A DNA stretch of 55,142 bases from IMG/VR virus record IMGVR_UViG_2711768053_000019; one strand, given 5' to 3'. Under the pieces are notes generated by a model. It was not told the origin of the DNA. It saw only the letters and a list, made by a program, of their open reading frames with translations, and did not search any database. The stretch comes from a virus (lineage: Duplodnaviria > Heunggongvirae > Uroviricota > Caudoviricetes). A program made the position numbers and the translations under genes. Positions 1-8,090 of the stretch are shown here, piece after piece. Position 1 is the stretch's first letter. Each line of letters starts with the position of its first letter.

Positions 1-1164
1 TTACGCCTTCTTTATATCCTCCATAATTCCAGAGTGGGACATATTTGGGACATTATCACCAAAAATGTCGTCTATTTTCCTCGCATGCTCTGTCAAATGA
101 TTAGGCGCAAGGTGAGCATACCTACGAACCATTTCTATGGACTCCCATCCGCCCATTTCCTGAAGCACTGATAATGGGACGCCTGACTGAATCAGCCAGC
201 TTGCCCAGGTGTGTCTGAGGTCATGGAAACGGAAATCTTCAATTCCTGCACGACGACAAGCTGATAGCCATGATGTCTTGCTGTCGATGCGCATCTTCCT
301 GACCGCAGGCGTTGATGTTCCATCTGCTCGCTTAGCCGCCTTGGTATGTACAAACACCCATTTGTGATGCTTGCCTATTTGATCACGCAACACTTTACAG
401 GCGGTATCGTTCAGCGCCACACCAATGGCGCGGTTTGATTTGCTCTCTTCTGGATTCACCCAGGCAACTCGTCGCTGCATGTCGATTTGTTGCCATTCCA
501 GATTTATGATGTTCGACTTTCTCAGACCAGTTGCCAGCGCAAACTTGACGACAGATTTCAGTGGTTCGGGGCACTCATCAATCAGGCGTTTTGCTTCCTC
601 CTTTTCCAGCCATCTGACTCGCTTGTTTCTGACCGCTGGTATCTTGATGACAGGCGCTTTTTCCAGCCACTTCCAGTCGCGTTCTGCAGCACGGAGAATG
701 GCCTTTATCATGGCAAGATGCTTTGCCTTTGTCTGAGTTGATACTGGCTTTGGTTCATAAACAGGCGGTTCTTTACCTTTCCTGATGGCGGCCTGAACTT
801 TCTGTTTCCATATTTCTTTCGTCTTTCTGTTATGCATTCTGCTTACAGCAGAGTAAATCTTTGCCTCCGAGATATCTTTAAGCCTTATACCCTCAAAATG
901 TTCAAGCCAGAACTCAATCCGGCTTTTATCTGAATCGAGAGATTTTTTATCAGCTTTTTCCTCAAGCCATCTTAGGCAGGCCTCTTCAAAAGTGACATCA
1001 GGTAAATCCCCTAGCTTTTCTACTCGCCAGAGTTCTGCTTTTCGCTTGTCGTGCAACTCCTGAGCTTGCCGCTTGTCCTTTGTGCCAAGAGATTCCTTAA
1101 TTCGTTTCTCGCCCGGGAGCGAATACGAGGCATACCATATTTCATTTCTGCGGAAGAGTGACAT
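1..1164 (-). CDS. int: Tyrosine integrase of the prophage (387 aa), complete; stop codon at 1-3
   Basis: C-terminal catalytic region with HDLRHTWAS...[16 protein letters not shown] (R..HxxR..Y tyrosine recombinase motifs); resembles Rac/phage-21-type integrases by recall; not lambda Int. Confidence 0.9.
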   Translation of the reverse strand: MSLFRRNEIWYASYSLPGEKRIKESLGTKDKRQAQELHDKRKAELWRVEKLGDLPDVTFEEACLRWLEEKADKKSLDSDKSRIEFWLEHFEGIRLKDISEAKIYSAVSRMHNRKTKEIWKQKVQAAIRKGKEPPVYEPKPVSTQTKAKHLAMIKAILRAAERDWKWLEKAPVIKIPAVRNKRVRWLEKEEAKRLIDECPEPLKSVVKFALATGLRKSNIINLEWQQIDMQRRVAWVNPEESKSNRAIGVALNDTACKVLRDQIGKHHKWVFVHTKAAKRADGTSTPAVRKMRIDSKTSWLSACRRAGIEDFRFHDLRHTWASWLIQSGVPLSVLQEMGGWESIEMVRRYAHLAPNHLTEHARKIDDIFGDNVPNMSHSGIMEDIKKA

Positions 1165-1391
1165 TTTCTTTCCTCTGTTATGCCATCACCCGCGCTCACC
1201 TGGACAGTATGCAGCGGAGACTGAAGCGCCGCAATGCAGGCTTGCCGTGTTGTGAGGTAAGGAGATTTTGGCTTGGTTGGATCTTTACGTGTTGCCTGTA
1301 GGCGGCCTGTTCGTATCCAGTTGGTGGCGGTTGGTCTGGATATCTTAAGAAACTGACAGGCCTCATCGAGTGTGAGGCTGTATGATTCCAT
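1020..1391 (-). CDS. xis: Excisionase-like HTH protein (AlpA/Xis family), start at ATG 1391
   Basis: N-terminus [26 protein letters not shown] is an Xis/AlpA-type HTH; AGAGGT SD upstream of ATG; ORF overlaps int 5' end by 144 bp, unusually long for Xis. Confidence 0.6.
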   Translation of the reverse strand: MESYSLTLDEACQFLKISRPTATNWIRTGRLQATRKDPTKPKSPYLTTRQACIAALQSPLHTVQVSAGDGITEERKCHSSAEMKYGMPRIRSRARNELRNLLAQRTSGKLRSCTTSEKQNSGE

Positions 1392-1641
1392 GGTTACCTC
1401 TGCTTTTTGAACGCATGTCACGTAACTTCTTAATGTTTTCTGCCGTTTCGATCTCTTCTGCTATCCGATCTGCATCAGCTTTATTCACAGGTTCAAAGTC
1501 ATGATTAAAGCGGAACATGCTGGCGATACATGTTCTGCCTTTTCGGATGTAGTGAACTTTGTTGTGGGTAGAACGCAGGATTTTGCAGGGAGTGCCGTGG
1601 TGGTCGACGTACCAGGTGTTAGGAAAAATGATTCTGAACAT
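1363..1641 (-). CDS. Hypothetical early protein (92 aa)
   Basis: ATG with GAGGTG SD; compact operon context between xis and TraR-like gene. Confidence 0.5.
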   Translation of the reverse strand: MFRIIFPNTWYVDHHGTPCKILRSTHNKVHYIRKGRTCIASMFRFNHDFEPVNKADADRIAEEIETAENIKKLRDMRSKSRGNHGIIQPHTR

Positions 1642-1688
1642 TTTTACACCTCAGTTGGACGATGTTGAAATTTGCTGCTTTGAGGCCA

Positions 1689-1907
1689 TCACAGTCCCCA
1701 TTGTTTGTTCTTAAGTTCGATCTCCTCCTGGCAACTTGCACAAGTCCGACAACCCTGAACAGCCAGGCGTCTTCGCTCATCTATCGGATCGCCACACTCA
1801 CAACAATGAGTTGCGGATACAGTCTGGTAGTTCAGACGACGCATTTTTATTGCTGTATTGCGCTGTAATTCTTCGATTTCTGATGCTGAATCAATGATGT
1901 CTGCCAT
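1689..1907 (-). CDS. TraR/DksA-family C4 zinc-finger protein (72 aa)
   Basis: CCECGDPIDERRRLAVQGCRTCASCQE, a CxxC...CxxC zinc finger typical of phage TraR-like proteins. Confidence 0.7.
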   Translation of the reverse strand: MADIIDSASEIEELQRNTAIKMRRLNYQTVSATHCCECGDPIDERRRLAVQGCRTCASCQEEIELKNKQWGL

Positions 1908-1954
1908 CTTTCATTAATCCCTGAATTGTTGGTTAATACGCTTGAGGGTAAATG

Positions 1955-1983
1955 CGAATAATAAAAAAGGAGCCTGTAGCTCC
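1955..1983 (-). terminator. Intrinsic terminator-like hairpin within early-left operon
   Basis: GGAGC-CTGTA-GCTCC stem-loop followed on minus strand by TTTTTTATTATT. Confidence 0.4.
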
Positions 1984-2005
1984 CTGATGATTTTGCTTTT
2001 CATGT

Positions 2006-2221
2006 TCACCGTTCCTTAAAGACGCCGTTCAACATGCCGATCGCCAGGCTTAAATGAGTCGGTGTGAATCCCATCAGCGTTACCGTTTCGCGGTGCTTCT
2101 TTAGTACGCTACGGCAAATGTCATCGACGTTTTTATCCGGAAAATGCTGTCTGGCTTTTTTGATTTCAGAATTAGCCTGACGGGCAATGCTGCGAAGGGC
2201 GTTTTCGTGCTGAGGTGTCAT
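2006..2221 (-). CDS. Hypothetical protein (about 71 aa from internal ATG)
   Basis: ORF 2006-2320 overlaps methyltransferase 3' end; first ATG gives MTPQHENALRSIARQ... Confidence 0.4.
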   Translation of the reverse strand: MTPQHENALRSIARQANSEIKKARQHFPDKNVDDICRSVLKKHRETVTLMGFTPTHLSLAIGMLNGVFKER

Positions 2222-2297
2222 TGAACAAGTCCCATGTCGGCAAGCATAAGCACACAGAATATGAAGCCCGCTGCCAGAAAAATGCATTCCGTGGTTG

Positions 2298-2855
2298 TCA
2301 TGCAGCCTCCCGACGGGCAAGAATCCTTGAGCCGAACGCCATCAACTCTCCACGATCAACGGTCGTAAAGTGGCAGTGTGTACGGGGGTATGGGTGCCAG
2401 ATAATGAGCATCGAGCCTTTATTATTTCCACTGACGGGTTTCTCAGTGAGTGGGTTAATAAATGCCAGTCGTCCTGCCGTGATGAATCTGACCTCACTGG
2501 CGGTTTGTATCGCTTCATGAAACCATCCGACAGATGTGTCAGCAGGCAATAACATTACACATCCCACACTACTGAATTTGTTTTCAGTGGCTGCCTTTTT
2601 CACAAAAGGGGAAATATTGCTGTATGGTGGATTCAACCAGACATAACCAGAGGCATATCCCATTGCTTCAGGCCATGAAGTGGTTAATGTGTTCTGCTCC
2701 TGTGAGATAAAAAGCCGACATAGTCGGTTTTTTTCGCTGGCGGCAGCATCAAGTTGAAAAACGAACTCTGCATTAAGCGCAGCAAAAATCTCTGGTGGTG
2801 TGCGCCAGCTGTCGCGATGTTCGGCAGGAGTATTGCTTCCGGTGAAATCAGTCAT
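2298..2855 (-). CDS. Phage N6-adenine DNA methyltransferase (orphan, 185 aa)
   Basis: NPPY catalytic motif (VWLNPPYSN); no adjacent restriction gene; ATG with G-rich SD. Confidence 0.75.
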   Translation of the reverse strand: MTDFTGSNTPAEHRDSWRTPPEIFAALNAEFVFQLDAAASEKNRLCRLFISQEQNTLTTSWPEAMGYASGYVWLNPPYSNISPFVKKAATENKFSSVGCVMLLPADTSVGWFHEAIQTASEVRFITAGRLAFINPLTEKPVSGNNKGSMLIIWHPYPRTHCHFTTVDRGELMAFGSRILARREAA

Positions 2856-3015
2856 ACAGCCCCCGTTTATTATTTATCTCCTCAGCCAGCCGCTGTGCTT
2901 TCAGGGGATTTCGGATAACAGAAAGGCCGGGAAATACCCAGCCTCGCTTTGTAACGGAGTAGACGAAAGTGATCGCGCCTACCCGGATATTATCGTGAGG
3001 ATGCGTCATCGCCAT
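2848..3015 (-). CDS. Small ORF (55 aa) coupling exo and methyltransferase
   Basis: Hand-translated [26 protein letters not shown]...; GGAG SD 4 nt upstream; overlaps exo stop and methyltransferase start; below ORF-track length cut-off. Confidence 0.3.
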   Translation of the reverse strand: MAMTHPHDNIRVGAITFVYSVTKRGWVFPGLSVIRNPLKAQRLAEEINNKRGLYD

Positions 3016-3686
3016 TGCTCCCCAAATACAAAACCAATTTCAGCCAGTGCCTCGTCCATTTTTTCGATGAACTCCGGCACCATCTCGTCAAAACTCGCCA
3101 TGTACTTTTCATTCCGCTCAATCACGACATAATGCAGGCCTTCACGCTTCATGCGCGGGTCATAGTTGGCAAAGTACCAGGCATCTTTTCGCGTCACCCA
3201 CATGCTGTACTGCACCTGGGCCATGTAAGCCGACTTTATGGCCTCGAAACCACCGAGCCGGAACTTCATGAAATCCCGGGAGGTAAACGGGCATTTCAGC
3301 TCAAGGCCATTGCCGTCACTGCATAAACCATCGGGAGAACAGGCGGTACGCATACTTTCGTCGCGATAGATGATCGGGGATTCAATAACATTCACGCCGG
3401 AAGTGAACTCAAACAGGGTTCTGGCGTCGTTCTCGTACTGTTTTCCCCATGCCAGCGCCTTAGCATTAACTTCCGGAGCCACACCGGTGCAAACCTCAGC
3501 CAGCAGGGTGTGGAAGTAGGACATTTTCATGTCAGGCCACTTCTTTCCTGAGCGGGGCTTTGCTATCACGTTGTGAACTTCTGAAGCGGTGATGACGCCG
3601 AGCCGTAATTTGTGCCACGCATCATCCCCCTGTTCGACAGCTCTCACGTCGATCCCGGTACGCTGCAGGATAATGTCCGGTGTCAT
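3006..3686 (-). CDS. exo: Lambda-type exonuclease (Red alpha), 226 aa
   Basis: Translation matches my recollection of lambda Exo essentially throughout ([40 protein letters not shown]...). Confidence 0.95.
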   Translation of the reverse strand: MTPDIILQRTGIDVRAVEQGDDAWHKLRLGVITASEVHNVIAKPRSGKKWPDMKMSYFHTLLAEVCTGVAPEVNAKALAWGKQYENDARTLFEFTSGVNVIESPIIYRDESMRTACSPDGLCSDGNGLELKCPFTSRDFMKFRLGGFEAIKSAYMAQVQYSMWVTRKDAWYFANYDPRMKREGLHYVVIERNEKYMASFDEMVPEFIEKMDEALAEIGFVFGEQWR

Positions 3687-4468
3687 GCTGCCACCTTCTG
3701 CTCTGCGGCTTTCTGTTTCAGGAATCCAAGAGCTTTTACTGCTTCGGCCTGTGTCAGTTCTGACGATGCACGAATGTTGCGGCGAAATATCTGGGAACAG
3801 AGCGGCAATAAGTCGTCATCCCATGTTTTATCCAGGGCGATCAGCAGAGTGTTAATCTCCTGCATGGTTTCATCGTTAACCGGAGTGATGTCGCGTTCCG
3901 GCTGACGTTCTGCAGTGTATGCGGTATTTTCGACAATGCGCTCGGCTTCATCCTTGTCATAGATACCAGCAAATCCGAAGGCGAGACGGGCACACTGAAT
4001 CATGGCTTTATGCCGTAACATCCGTTTGGGATGCGACTGCCACGGCCCCGTGATTTCTCTGCCTTCGCGGGTTTTGAATGGTTCGCGGCGGCATTCATCC
4101 ATCCACTCGGTAACGCAGATCGGATGATTGCGGTCTTTGCGGTAAATCCGGCATGTGCAGGATTCGTTGTCCTGTTCAAAGTCCATGCCGTCAAACTGCT
4201 GGTTTTCGTTGATGATGCGGGACCAGCCATCAACGCCCACCACCGGAACGATGCCGTTCTGCTTATCGGGGAAGGCGTAAATTTCTTTCGTCCACGGATT
4301 AAGGCCGTACTGGTTGGCGACGATCAACAATGCGATGAACTGCGCATCGCTGGCATCACCTTTAAATGCCGTCTGGCGAAGAGTGGTGATCAGTTCCTGT
4401 GGGTCGACAGAATCCATGCCGACACGTTCAGCCAGCTTCCCAGCCAGCGTTGCGAGTGCAGTACTCAT
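3683..4468 (-). CDS. bet: Lambda-type Bet (Red beta) single-strand annealing protein, 261 aa
   Basis: [48 protein letters not shown]... matches recalled lambda Bet; ATGA overlap with exo. Confidence 0.95.
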   Translation of the reverse strand: MSTALATLAGKLAERVGMDSVDPQELITTLRQTAFKGDASDAQFIALLIVANQYGLNPWTKEIYAFPDKQNGIVPVVGVDGWSRIINENQQFDGMDFEQDNESCTCRIYRKDRNHPICVTEWMDECRREPFKTREGREITGPWQSHPKRMLRHKAMIQCARLAFGFAGIYDKDEAERIVENTAYTAERQPERDITPVNDETMQEINTLLIALDKTWDDDLLPLCSQIFRRNIRASSELTQAEAVKALGFLKQKAAEQKVAA

Positions 4469-4473
4469 TCGTT

Positions 4474-4770
4474 TTATACCTCTGAATCAATATCAACCTG
4501 GTGGTGAGCAATGGTTTCAACCATGTACCGGATGTGTTCTGCCATGCGCTCCTGAAACTCAACATCGTCATCAAACGCACGGGTAATGGCTTTTTTGCTG
4601 GCCCCGTGGCGTTGCAAATGATCGATGCATAGCGATTCAAACAGGTGCTGGGGCAGGCCTTTTTCCATGTCGTCTGCCAGTTCTGCCTCTTTCTCTTCAC
4701 GGGCGATCTGCTGGTAGTGACGCGCCCAGCTCTGAGCCTCAAGACGATCCTGAATGTAATAAGCGTTCAT
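4474..4770 (-). CDS. gam: Gam (RecBCD inhibitor), 98-aa short form only
   Basis: [56 protein letters not shown]... matches recalled lambda GamS; the N-terminal extension of GamL is absent. Confidence 0.9.
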   Translation of the reverse strand: MNAYYIQDRLEAQSWARHYQQIAREEKEAELADDMEKGLPQHLFESLCIDHLQRHGASKKAITRAFDDDVEFQERMAEHIRYMVETIAHHQVDIDSEV

Positions 4771-4845
4771 GGCTGAACTCCTGAAAATGGCTGTGAAAAA
4801 ATCGCCCGCGGAATGCCAGGCTGATTAGGAAAACAGGAAAGGGGA

Positions 4846-5256
4846 TTAGCGATTCAGGCCGTTACCGCGTCCGTCGAGAAAAACTTCCACGAGCAAATCA
4901 CGGGTATAAGTGCGCTCGATGCCGCGATGCAGATATAGCCGTCCGCGTAAATTAGCTGATGCAGTCCAGGTACCATCTTTGTGTTTGACCAGCATTCCTG
5001 GCATGACCGCACCGCGATTAACGGTCTGCGTTCCGTAATGTTGATGAGCCATAAAAACTCCTGCCCGTAAGCTGGGCTGCTGAACATATAAAGACTTCTG
5101 CGCATATTCAGGCGGTGGATGGCCGCCGGTTGTCATAACTAAGCCGCCTCGTTGAAGCGACTGAGGTATGAAATGTTGAGTTAATTTCAGCTGGTCACAC
5201 CGACGTTCACGCGTCCGTTTCACCCCTCGCACTCCCCGAAGCCTGCTGAAATTCAA
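4846..5256 (-). CDS. Hypothetical protein, first gene downstream of putative pL; true start uncertain (TTG at 5256 or internal)
   Basis: 136-codon ORF; N-terminal Arg-rich stretch RLRGVRGVKRTRERR; occupies the position where lambda has N/kil but no recognisable N. Confidence 0.4.
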   Translation of the reverse strand: MNFSRLRGVRGVKRTRERRCDQLKLTQHFIPQSLQRGGLVMTTGGHPPPEYAQKSLYVQQPSLRAGVFMAHQHYGTQTVNRGAVMPGMLVKHKDGTWTASANLRGRLYLHRGIERTYTRDLLVEVFLDGRGNGLNR

Positions 5257-5329
5257 GCTGCGGATCTAAGCGGTCATCGCAACGGTGAATCAGGTGGTTG
5301 CCGTATCGTTGTGTTGTTGCGATATGGTG

Positions 5330-5375
5330 ATAATAGCTATTGCTATTGGTGATATCAATACTTATTGCTATTAGT
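5330..5375 (-). promoter_or_regulatory. Candidate leftward early promoter pL with operator-like repeats (OL)
   Basis: Minus strand TTGATA (5353-5358), 17-nt spacer, TATTAT (5330-5335); spacer carries GCTATTGCTATTGG; second TTATTGCTATTAG copy at 5362-5374. Confidence 0.45.
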
Positions 5376-5502
5376 TGATGTGTTTTGATATTAAATGTTT
5401 GATAGCAAAAAGAATTAATTTTGTGACTTGCATCGCATAGCGATAACTGAAGTGAGGTCGTGGTGGTTTTTTGAACGGTGTGTGATGAGGGGAGGGCAAA
5501 AG

Positions 5503-5527
5503 AAAACCCGGCACGGTGGCCGGGTTT
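5503..5527. terminator. Bidirectional intrinsic terminator-like hairpin downstream of the cI operon
   Basis: AAAACCCGGC-ACGGTG-GCCGGGTTT: GC stem flanked by A-run and T-run. Confidence 0.5.
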
Positions 5528-5601
5528 AGATGATTGGTTAAGAGCGAGGGTAATGGGGAATGAAAAATCGCTTTACCTAATGCAAGGGTGCGAGCATTTT
5601 C

Positions 5602-6045
5602 TTAAGCACTAAAGAAAAAGTACATTGATAGCTTATAAAGTCCTGTTCCTGCAGCGATGATTGCTGGAACACCAAGCAATACCGCAAGCTTTGCGTCTGA
5701 AATCTTTCTATCGACAGCATCACTTGATGGCTTGTTTGTTAAGGATTCTTTTATAGAGTCCAGACGTGCAAGAATAGTTATCATATTTTTGTCGATAGCT
5801 TTAACGTCTGTTTTAAGTTCATCAACGTCTCGTTTGATATGAGCAACATCGGACTCCAGTTTTGCAACTTTTTCAGGCATGTTATCACTCCCAGACCCAC
5901 TGCTACCACTTGATTGTAGCATGTCCCATCTTTTTCCAGATATACCTGCTAGCTGGGAAGACGCACTGGAGTGCAAACAAAATGATTTTGCCGCCTTTGC
6001 AATTTTATCATTTAGGTTTGGAGCTTCGTAATAATCGTGTTTCAT
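5602..6045 (-). CDS. Coiled-coil protein with C-terminal transmembrane helix (147 aa), third gene of cI operon
   Basis: Gly/Ser linker, heptad-like EKVAKLESDVAHIKRDVDELKTDVKAIDK, hydrophobic tail LAVLLGVPAIIAAGTGLY; architecture resembles XhlA-like membrane proteins. Confidence 0.55.
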   Translation of the reverse strand: MKHDYYEAPNLNDKIAKAAKSFCLHSSASSQLAGISGKRWDMLQSSGSSGSGSDNMPEKVAKLESDVAHIKRDVDELKTDVKAIDKNMITILARLDSIKESLTNKPSSDAVDRKISDAKLAVLLGVPAIIAAGTGLYKLSMYFFFSA

Positions 6046-6057
6046 AATTAATTACGA

Positions 6058-6321
6058 TTAGTTTGTTTTAGCTTTGTCATGCTGGTCGCGAATGAAGTCA
6101 GCCAATTTAAGCATCAATTCTTCGGGCATTCTAATGGTTGCAATGTTGTACTTTATGTTCTCAACATCGTCACTTTCATCAACAGGCCATTCAGTTACAT
6201 TATGAAAAAAAGAAATTGAACCTAGGCGCTGAGAGCCGTCACCAAACGAAGAGTAGCCAAACGCGTCGGCGTATGCATCGACACAGTTATTTGATTTTTT
6301 AACAAGTGTTTTATTACTCAT
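6058..6321 (-). CDS. Small acidic hypothetical protein (87 aa), second gene of cI operon
   Basis: ATG with AAGG SD; 12 nt upstream of next gene; same strand as repressor. Confidence 0.5.
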   Translation of the reverse strand: MSNKTLVKKSNNCVDAYADAFGYSSFGDGSQRLGSISFFHNVTEWPVDESDDVENIKYNIATIRMPEELMLKLADFIRDQHDKAKTN

Positions 6322-6403
6322 TTTTTGCCTTTCCCGTAATGTTATTTTTTATAAGGTATTTTCTTCAGCGTATTACCCAAAAGCCTCATCAACACGCGGC
6401 TGA

Positions 6404-7096
6404 TTATCCGTGTTTTCTGTACGTCTGCGGCATGCTCCCAATAACCTTACCGAATATGAATACCCGGTTCATCTCGTCTTTCTCGATCGGGTCCCACGGT
6501 GAGTAGCTCTTGTTATCAGAGATAACCAGTAGCTTATCCTTCATCATTTGCAGGCGCTTTACATGGGCGGTGTCGTCATACAGAAACGCATAGATACCAT
6601 CACCGTCGAAAGATTTAACCGTGATATCAACGAACAGCAGATCACCTGGTTCGATCGTTCCTGACATGCTGTCACCGCGTACGTTAATGATGCGGATATT
6701 TTCTGCCTTCCTACCATCGAACATGTGACGAGCATCGTCAAACGAGTACTCAACCGAGCGTAGAACTTCTACAAACTCACGGTTGATGACTCCCGGCCCG
6801 GCACTCACTTCTATATCAAGAACGTCAATCTTGAAGTATTTTGAATGGCTGACAGCAGGCTTCCCTGATTGTTGACCGTCATTTCTCATCGGGCCTATGC
6901 CTGATGAGAGCCATTCTGTTCGAACACCCAATGCATTAGCTATTTCAACAATTTTTGTTGAGCCGCGAGCGTTGCCGCTTGTCAGTCTCCAGATTGTGGG
7001 TTGAGCTACGCCAGACGCCTTTGCAAGAGCGCCTTGAGACATTCCAGATTGTTCCATCGCTAGGTTTAAGCGATCAGCAAGAGTTTCTTTTTTCAT
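6404..7096 (-). CDS. cI: CI-like prophage repressor (HTH + LexA/S24-like C-terminal domain), about 231 aa
   Basis: N-terminal HTH (MSQGALAKASGVAQPTIWRL), C-terminal RGDSMSGTIEPGDLLFVD and KRL typical of S24 autocleaving repressors; ATG 7096 lies about 9 nt after a -10-like element (near-leaderless, as for lambda cI). Confidence 0.85.
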   Translation of the reverse strand: MKKETLADRLNLAMEQSGMSQGALAKASGVAQPTIWRLTSGNARGSTKIVEIANALGVRTEWLSSGIGPMRNDGQQSGKPAVSHSKYFKIDVLDIEVSAGPGVINREFVEVLRSVEYSFDDARHMFDGRKAENIRIINVRGDSMSGTIEPGDLLFVDITVKSFDGDGIYAFLYDDTAHVKRLQMMKDKLLVISDNKSYSPWDPIEKDEMNRVFIFGKVIGSMPQTYRKHG

Positions 7097-7102
7097 AAGT
7101 TT

Positions 7103-7176
7103 TAATTTATACGCTTGCGTATTGATGGTCAAAACACGTTTTGCTATTGCTTGGATTAATACGCATTGCTATTATT
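7103..7176. promoter_or_regulatory. Divergent immunity control region (pRM-like / pR-like promoters with operators)
   Basis: Minus TTGACC (7127-7132) and TATAAA-like -10 (7105-7111) before cI; plus TTGCTT (7147-7152), 17 nt, TATTAT (7170-7175) before cro; repeated TTGCTATT motifs and palindrome ATACGC-TT-GCGTAT (7109-7122). Confidence 0.5.
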
Positions 7177-7206
7177 TATTCATTGCAATACCAATAGGAA
7201 TTGATA

Positions 7207-7434
7207 ATGACAAATCAAACCATTCAACTCGCAATCAGTATTACAGGTAGTCAAAAACGACTGGCAGATCTATGCGGTGTAGCCCAACCCACAGTTTGGC
7301 GTTGGCTACACGGTGGCGGAATTGATGCCCGCTATGTAATGAAAATTGTCTCAGCCACTGGTGGAAAGATTAAACCAGCAGATATTCGTCCCGACCTCGC
7401 ACCATTGTTTAACGCGAGTAATTCTGCCGCCTAA
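7207..7434 (+). CDS. cro: Cro-like HTH regulator (YdaS-like), 75 aa
   Basis: HTH QKRLADLCGVAQPTVWRWLHGG; AGGAA SD 8 nt upstream; divergent from repressor. Confidence 0.75.
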   Translation: MTNQTIQLAISITGSQKRLADLCGVAQPTVWRWLHGGGIDARYVMKIVSATGGKIKPADIRPDLAPLFNASNSAA

Positions 7435-7458
7435 ACTGCGGCGTTAATTGATAAGGCA

Positions 7459-8004
7459 ATGACTATGCAACCACTTACATACCAACAGACTAGCGGATTT
7501 AGCCCGACTGCGGTGATAAATCGTTCTCAAACAAAACAGGCGCCAGGCCACGAAAAAATCCGTGATGCCGTTCGCGCCTGGTCGGCTGCAGATAATCAGG
7601 ATGTTGTTGCCGCACTCATTGTGAATGAGTATCGGGAGCAGGGCGGCGGCACCATCGATTTCCCTGATGATGTCAGCCGTGCACGCCAGAAGCTGTTCCG
7701 CTTCCTCGATAACAAATTCGATTCTGAAAAATACCGAAATAACGTGCGTGAACTGACCCCGGCAATTCTGGCGGTACTACCGCTGGAATATCGCGGCCAC
7801 CTGGTTGAGCAGGATAGCTACATGGCTCGGCTGGCTGAAATGGAAAAGGAACTCAGTGAGGCAAAACAGGCTGTCATTCTCAACGCACCACGCCACCAGA
7901 AACTGAAGGAGATGAGTGAAGGCATTGTGTCGATGTTTCGTGTGGACCCGGATTTGGCTGGTCCACTGATGGCGATGGTCACCACCATGCTGGGGGCAAT
8001 ATGA
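7459..8004 (+). CDS. CII-like regulatory protein (YdaT/CP76-type), 181 aa
   Basis: Position immediately after cro and before O; family assignment is from recollection of Rac ydaS-ydaT arrangement and is not verified. Confidence 0.5.
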   Translation: MTMQPLTYQQTSGFSPTAVINRSQTKQAPGHEKIRDAVRAWSAADNQDVVAALIVNEYREQGGGTIDFPDDVSRARQKLFRFLDNKFDSEKYRNNVRELTPAILAVLPLEYRGHLVEQDSYMARLAEMEKELSEAKQAVILNAPRHQKLKEMSEGIVSMFRVDPDLAGPLMAMVTTMLGAI

Positions 8005-8090
8005 CAGGTTCGGAAATGGCGAAAGCCGGTCTGCGCGAACAGAACCGACTTTCAGGTGCAAATCGTAACACACTCATTGCGGGAGGAATT

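Noticed and set aside
4031-4507. 158-codon plus-strand ORF inside bet
   Set aside because: Antisense to bet, which matches lambda Bet; no independent support.
5540-5548. Perfect boxA-like sequence (CGCTCTTAA on minus strand) next to the hairpin at 5503-5527, suggesting a nut site
   Set aside because: It lies upstream of the putative pL rather than in its transcript, and a 9-mer match is expected by chance about once in a window this size; the hairpin is better explained as the cI-operon terminator.
7097-7132. TTG at 7132 as repressor start codon (ORF-track start)
   Set aside because: The TTG coincides with a TTGACC -35 element; the ATG at 7096 with a -10 about 9 nt upstream gives a lambda-like leaderless start.
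8001-8090. ATG at 8001 as start of O
   Set aside because: The homologous O N-terminus (MANTAEIFNF) begins at 8091, which has a GGGAGG SD; 8001 would add 30 unrelated residues.
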